From: Schaalia odontolytica
GTDB lineage: Bacteria; Actinomycetota; Actinomycetes; Actinomycetales; Actinomycetaceae
Assembly (NCBI RefSeq): GCF_005696695.1
Contig: NZ_CP040006.1
Coordinates: 1,890,001-1,922,000 of the forward strand
Reading direction: 5' to 3'
Length of the DNA: 32,000 nt
Part shown: positions 28,456 through 32,000 of the stretch, in pieces
Layout of the letters: each line of letters begins with the position of its first letter
Numbering within the stretch: the first letter of the stretch is position 1
The notes under the pieces: model-generated
What the model saw: only the letters and a program-made list of their open reading frames with translations
What the model was told of the DNA's origin: nothing
Databases searched by the model: none
Position numbers and translations under genes: made by a program

Positions 28456-29355
28456 TCAGGCGACGTCGAGGGTCTTGGCGACGCCCGCCAGGACCGCGCC
28501 CACGATGACGAGCGCGACGCCAATGATGGTCCAGCGCAGCTCCTTGCGCGAGCGCGTCTCGTGGAGCCACAGGATGCCCAGCGGCGTGGAGATGAGGATG
28601 CCGAGCTGGGAGAGCGTGAAGCCCGTTCCCGCGCCCAGCTTGTTGGAGTTGAGCTGGAGCAGCAGGATGGCGGTGCCCCACAGGACGCCGTTGAAGATCG
28701 AGGGGATCATGCGGCGGTGGCGCAGCGAGTCCTCGGGGTCGACGCCGCCACGGCCCTGGATCGCGAAGAAGATCGCGCAGTAGACGGTGTAGCCGACCGC
28801 CTGGGGCAGGAGGAACTCGGCGGGCTGGATCGCAAAGAACTTGATGATGAGCGGGAAGGCGACGAGGCCCAGCGTCGAGGTCGTCAGCAGGAAGGCGCCG
28901 CGCTTCCAGTCAAGGGAGGCCGCGTCGGAGCCGGACTCGGAGCGCGACAGGAACCAGATGCCGACAATGAGGACGGCGATGGCGGCGAGGCCGTAGGGCA
29001 GCGCGCCACCGTGCAGCCACTCGCCGAAGATGGCGATGCCCGCCAGGGACATGAGGACCAGCTGGCCGCCGGTGGACAGGGGCATCGTGCGGCTCATGCC
29101 CAGGACCGAGTAGGAGCGCAGCTGATCGCACACGCCGACGCCCAGGAGCAGGCCGGTCAGGAATGACACACCCAGGTTCAGCGGCGTCCACGCGGGGTGC
29201 ATGAAGGGGGTGGCAACGGCGGCCATGAGCAGGCCGCCGAGGACGGCGCCCATGACTCGCTGGCGGTCTGATCCGCCGGTCTTTCCCATCAGCGTCGTGG
29301 CGACGCCGAAGAAGACAGAGGGCAGGATTCCGATAAGGATCGTGGACAGGGTCAT
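28456..29355 (-). CDS. GRP-family sugar transporter (GlcU/RbsU-like glucose/ribose uptake protein)
   Basis: Track ORF extends to 29385. Start moved to ATG 29355 (AGGAGG 8 nt upstream). It has about 10 TM helices. LGMSRTMPLSTGGQLV and GFTLSQLGILISTPLGILWLHE align by eye with B. subtilis GlcU motifs. Confidence 0.75.
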   Translation of the reverse strand: MTLSTILIGILPSVFFGVATTLMGKTGGSDRQRVMGAVLGGLLMAAVATPFMHPAWTPLNLGVSFLTGLLLGVGVCDQLRSYSVLGMSRTMPLSTGGQLVLMSLAGIAIFGEWLHGGALPYGLAAIAVLIVGIWFLSRSESGSDAASLDWKRGAFLLTTSTLGLVAFPLIIKFFAIQPAEFLLPQAVGYTVYCAIFFAIQGRGGVDPEDSLRHRRMIPSIFNGVLWGTAILLLQLNSNKLGAGTGFTLSQLGILISTPLGILWLHETRSRKELRWTIIGVALVIVGAVLAGVAKTLDVA

Positions 29356-29602
29356 ATGCACACCTCCTGGGGTGGTCGCGGCCATCGTTTCACGAGGCCG
29401 GGGTTGACTTGCATTGTTGGGTGCGGCGCACGCGGCGCCACCCTTTCCACGCTAGTCACCCCCTCCCCCACCCTCGCACGCTCGATCGCCGTTTTGGCTA
29501 GTGTTTCACAGCATTTTCGTGAACGCATTCACCCTTTACGGGCCGTTCGATGACGCAGCACACCTGGGCGCATCCCTATCTGACGGGGCGTCATAAACGC
29601 AG

Positions 29603-29638
29603 CACGGGCCTCGTCCCACATGAGGAACGAGGCCCGTG
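29603..29638 (-). terminator. Terminator downstream of glmS
   Basis: Perfect 12-bp stem CACGGGCCTCGT / ACGAGGCCCGTG with a 12-nt loop, 34 nt after the glmS stop. The minus-strand tail is CTGCGTTTATGA. Confidence 0.7.
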
Positions 29639-29672
29639 AGCGTTCACGGGGCACCAGCCCCGCGCGGGTGGA

Positions 29673-31586
<1,914 letters not shown>

Positions 31587-31693
31587 AGCACCCATTGCAA
31601 CACACCGAACCCCCCTGCTGGTCAGTAACGTGTGTCGCTTCACGTGGTGAACTAAGTGCGCACGAGCACAAACTTGTGGGGCACAATGGGTGC

Positions 31694-32000
31694 GTGAGCA
31701 TCACCGAGAGCCCCTCGCCCATCCCATTCCCGGCCTCGTCGAGCGTCTCGTTTGACGAGCAAAAACTGGCCGACGAGCGCAACGCCCCCAACCCCTACGC
31801 GCGCTTCGATCGCTCCGAGTGGGACCGCCTCGCCGATCGCACTCCCCTGCCGCTCACGCAGGAGGACATCGACCGCATCGCGTCGCTGGGCGACCCCATC
31901 GACATGACCGAGGTCGACGCGATTTACCGCCCTCTGAGCGCGCTGCTGCAGCTCTACATCGACGGGCGCCGCCGCACCGCCGCCGAACGGCATGCCTTCC
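31694..32000 (+). CDS. coaA: Type I pantothenate kinase, N-terminal part (continues beyond the window)
   Basis: Absent from the track because there is no stop in the window. Hand translation from GTG 31694: MSITESPSPIPFPASSSVSFDEQKLADERNAPNPYARFDRSEWDRLADRTPLPLTQEDIDRIASLGDPIDMTEVDAIYRPLSALLQLYIDGRRRTAAERHAF. The PY.RFDR..W..L...TPL.LT..D......LGD.ID..EV...Y.PL pattern is the CoaA N-terminus. GTG 31676 is an alternative start. Confidence 0.8.
   Translation, partial: MSITESPSPIPFPASSSVSFDEQKLADERNAPNPYARFDRSEWDRLADRTPLPLTQEDIDRIASLGDPIDMTEVDAIYRPLSALLQLYIDGRRRTAAERHAF

Noticed and set aside
26713-29166. 817-aa plus-strand ORF, the longest in the track apart from the MprF-like gene
   Set aside because: It runs antisense across two independent, motif-rich minus-strand genes (nnr and the GRP transporter) and through their intergenic gap. 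It is Arg/Gly/Asp/Ala-rich junk with no domain signature, so I treat it as a GC artefact.
29455-29480. C-rich tract (cacccccTcccccAccc on plus, G-runs on minus) as a G-quadruplex or 6C-RNA-like loop
   Set aside because: Only three G3+ runs lie close together, and the fourth is about 17 nt away. I could not draw the two C-loop hairpins that define 6C RNA.
31587-31693. Possible glmS ribozyme in the glmS leader
   Set aside because: Only about 100 nt are available before the divergent coaA start, and I do not recognise the conserved glmS ribozyme core. That ribozyme is mainly a Firmicutes feature. A covariance-model scan would be needed to exclude it formally.

Overview
Visibly high-GC (roughly two thirds G+C by eye) actinobacterial core-chromosome segment. 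Gene order resembles the conserved guaB3/guaB - whiB3 - groES - tsaD/rimI/tsaB/tsaE - alr - nnr - glmS neighbourhood that I recall from Mycobacterium tuberculosis (Rv3410c-Rv3436c). The proteins look Actinomycetaceae-like, but no species can be assigned from sequence alone. I call 27 protein-coding genes. Two are cut by the window edges and are absent from the supplied ORF track: a secreted ExeM/NucH-type nuclease at the left edge and pantothenate kinase at the right edge. I also call 7 hairpin terminators, one CIRCE (HrcA) operator upstream of groES, and several candidate operators and -10 elements. I recognised no rRNA, tRNA, CRISPR array, IS/transposase, integrase or phage gene. Most long ORFs in the track lie antisense to these genes and are high-GC artefacts. 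I found no convincing novel multi-gene system, and the window reads as mostly housekeeping. Six things deserve a second look. (1) An MprF-like (DUF2156-type) membrane protein with an atypical N-terminal half is translationally coupled to a membrane-anchored esterase. (2) A MerR-family regulator with a degenerate B12-binding-like C-terminal module is divergent from a WhiB3-type gene across an AT-rich 290-bp control region containing mutually exclusive hairpins. (3) A -10-like hexamer sits 6 nt upstream of the start codon of many genes, suggesting leaderless mRNAs. This includes a mirrored 10-bp repeat abutting both the glmS and coaA starts. (4) sdhCAB plus a small membrane-protein gene lie inside the normally contiguous t6A (tsaE-tsaB-rimI-tsaD) cluster. 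(5) Two terminators share an identical 9-nt tail. (6) An AT-rich perfect palindrome lies upstream of the nuclease gene. All functional calls come from by-eye motif recognition. No database search was run.
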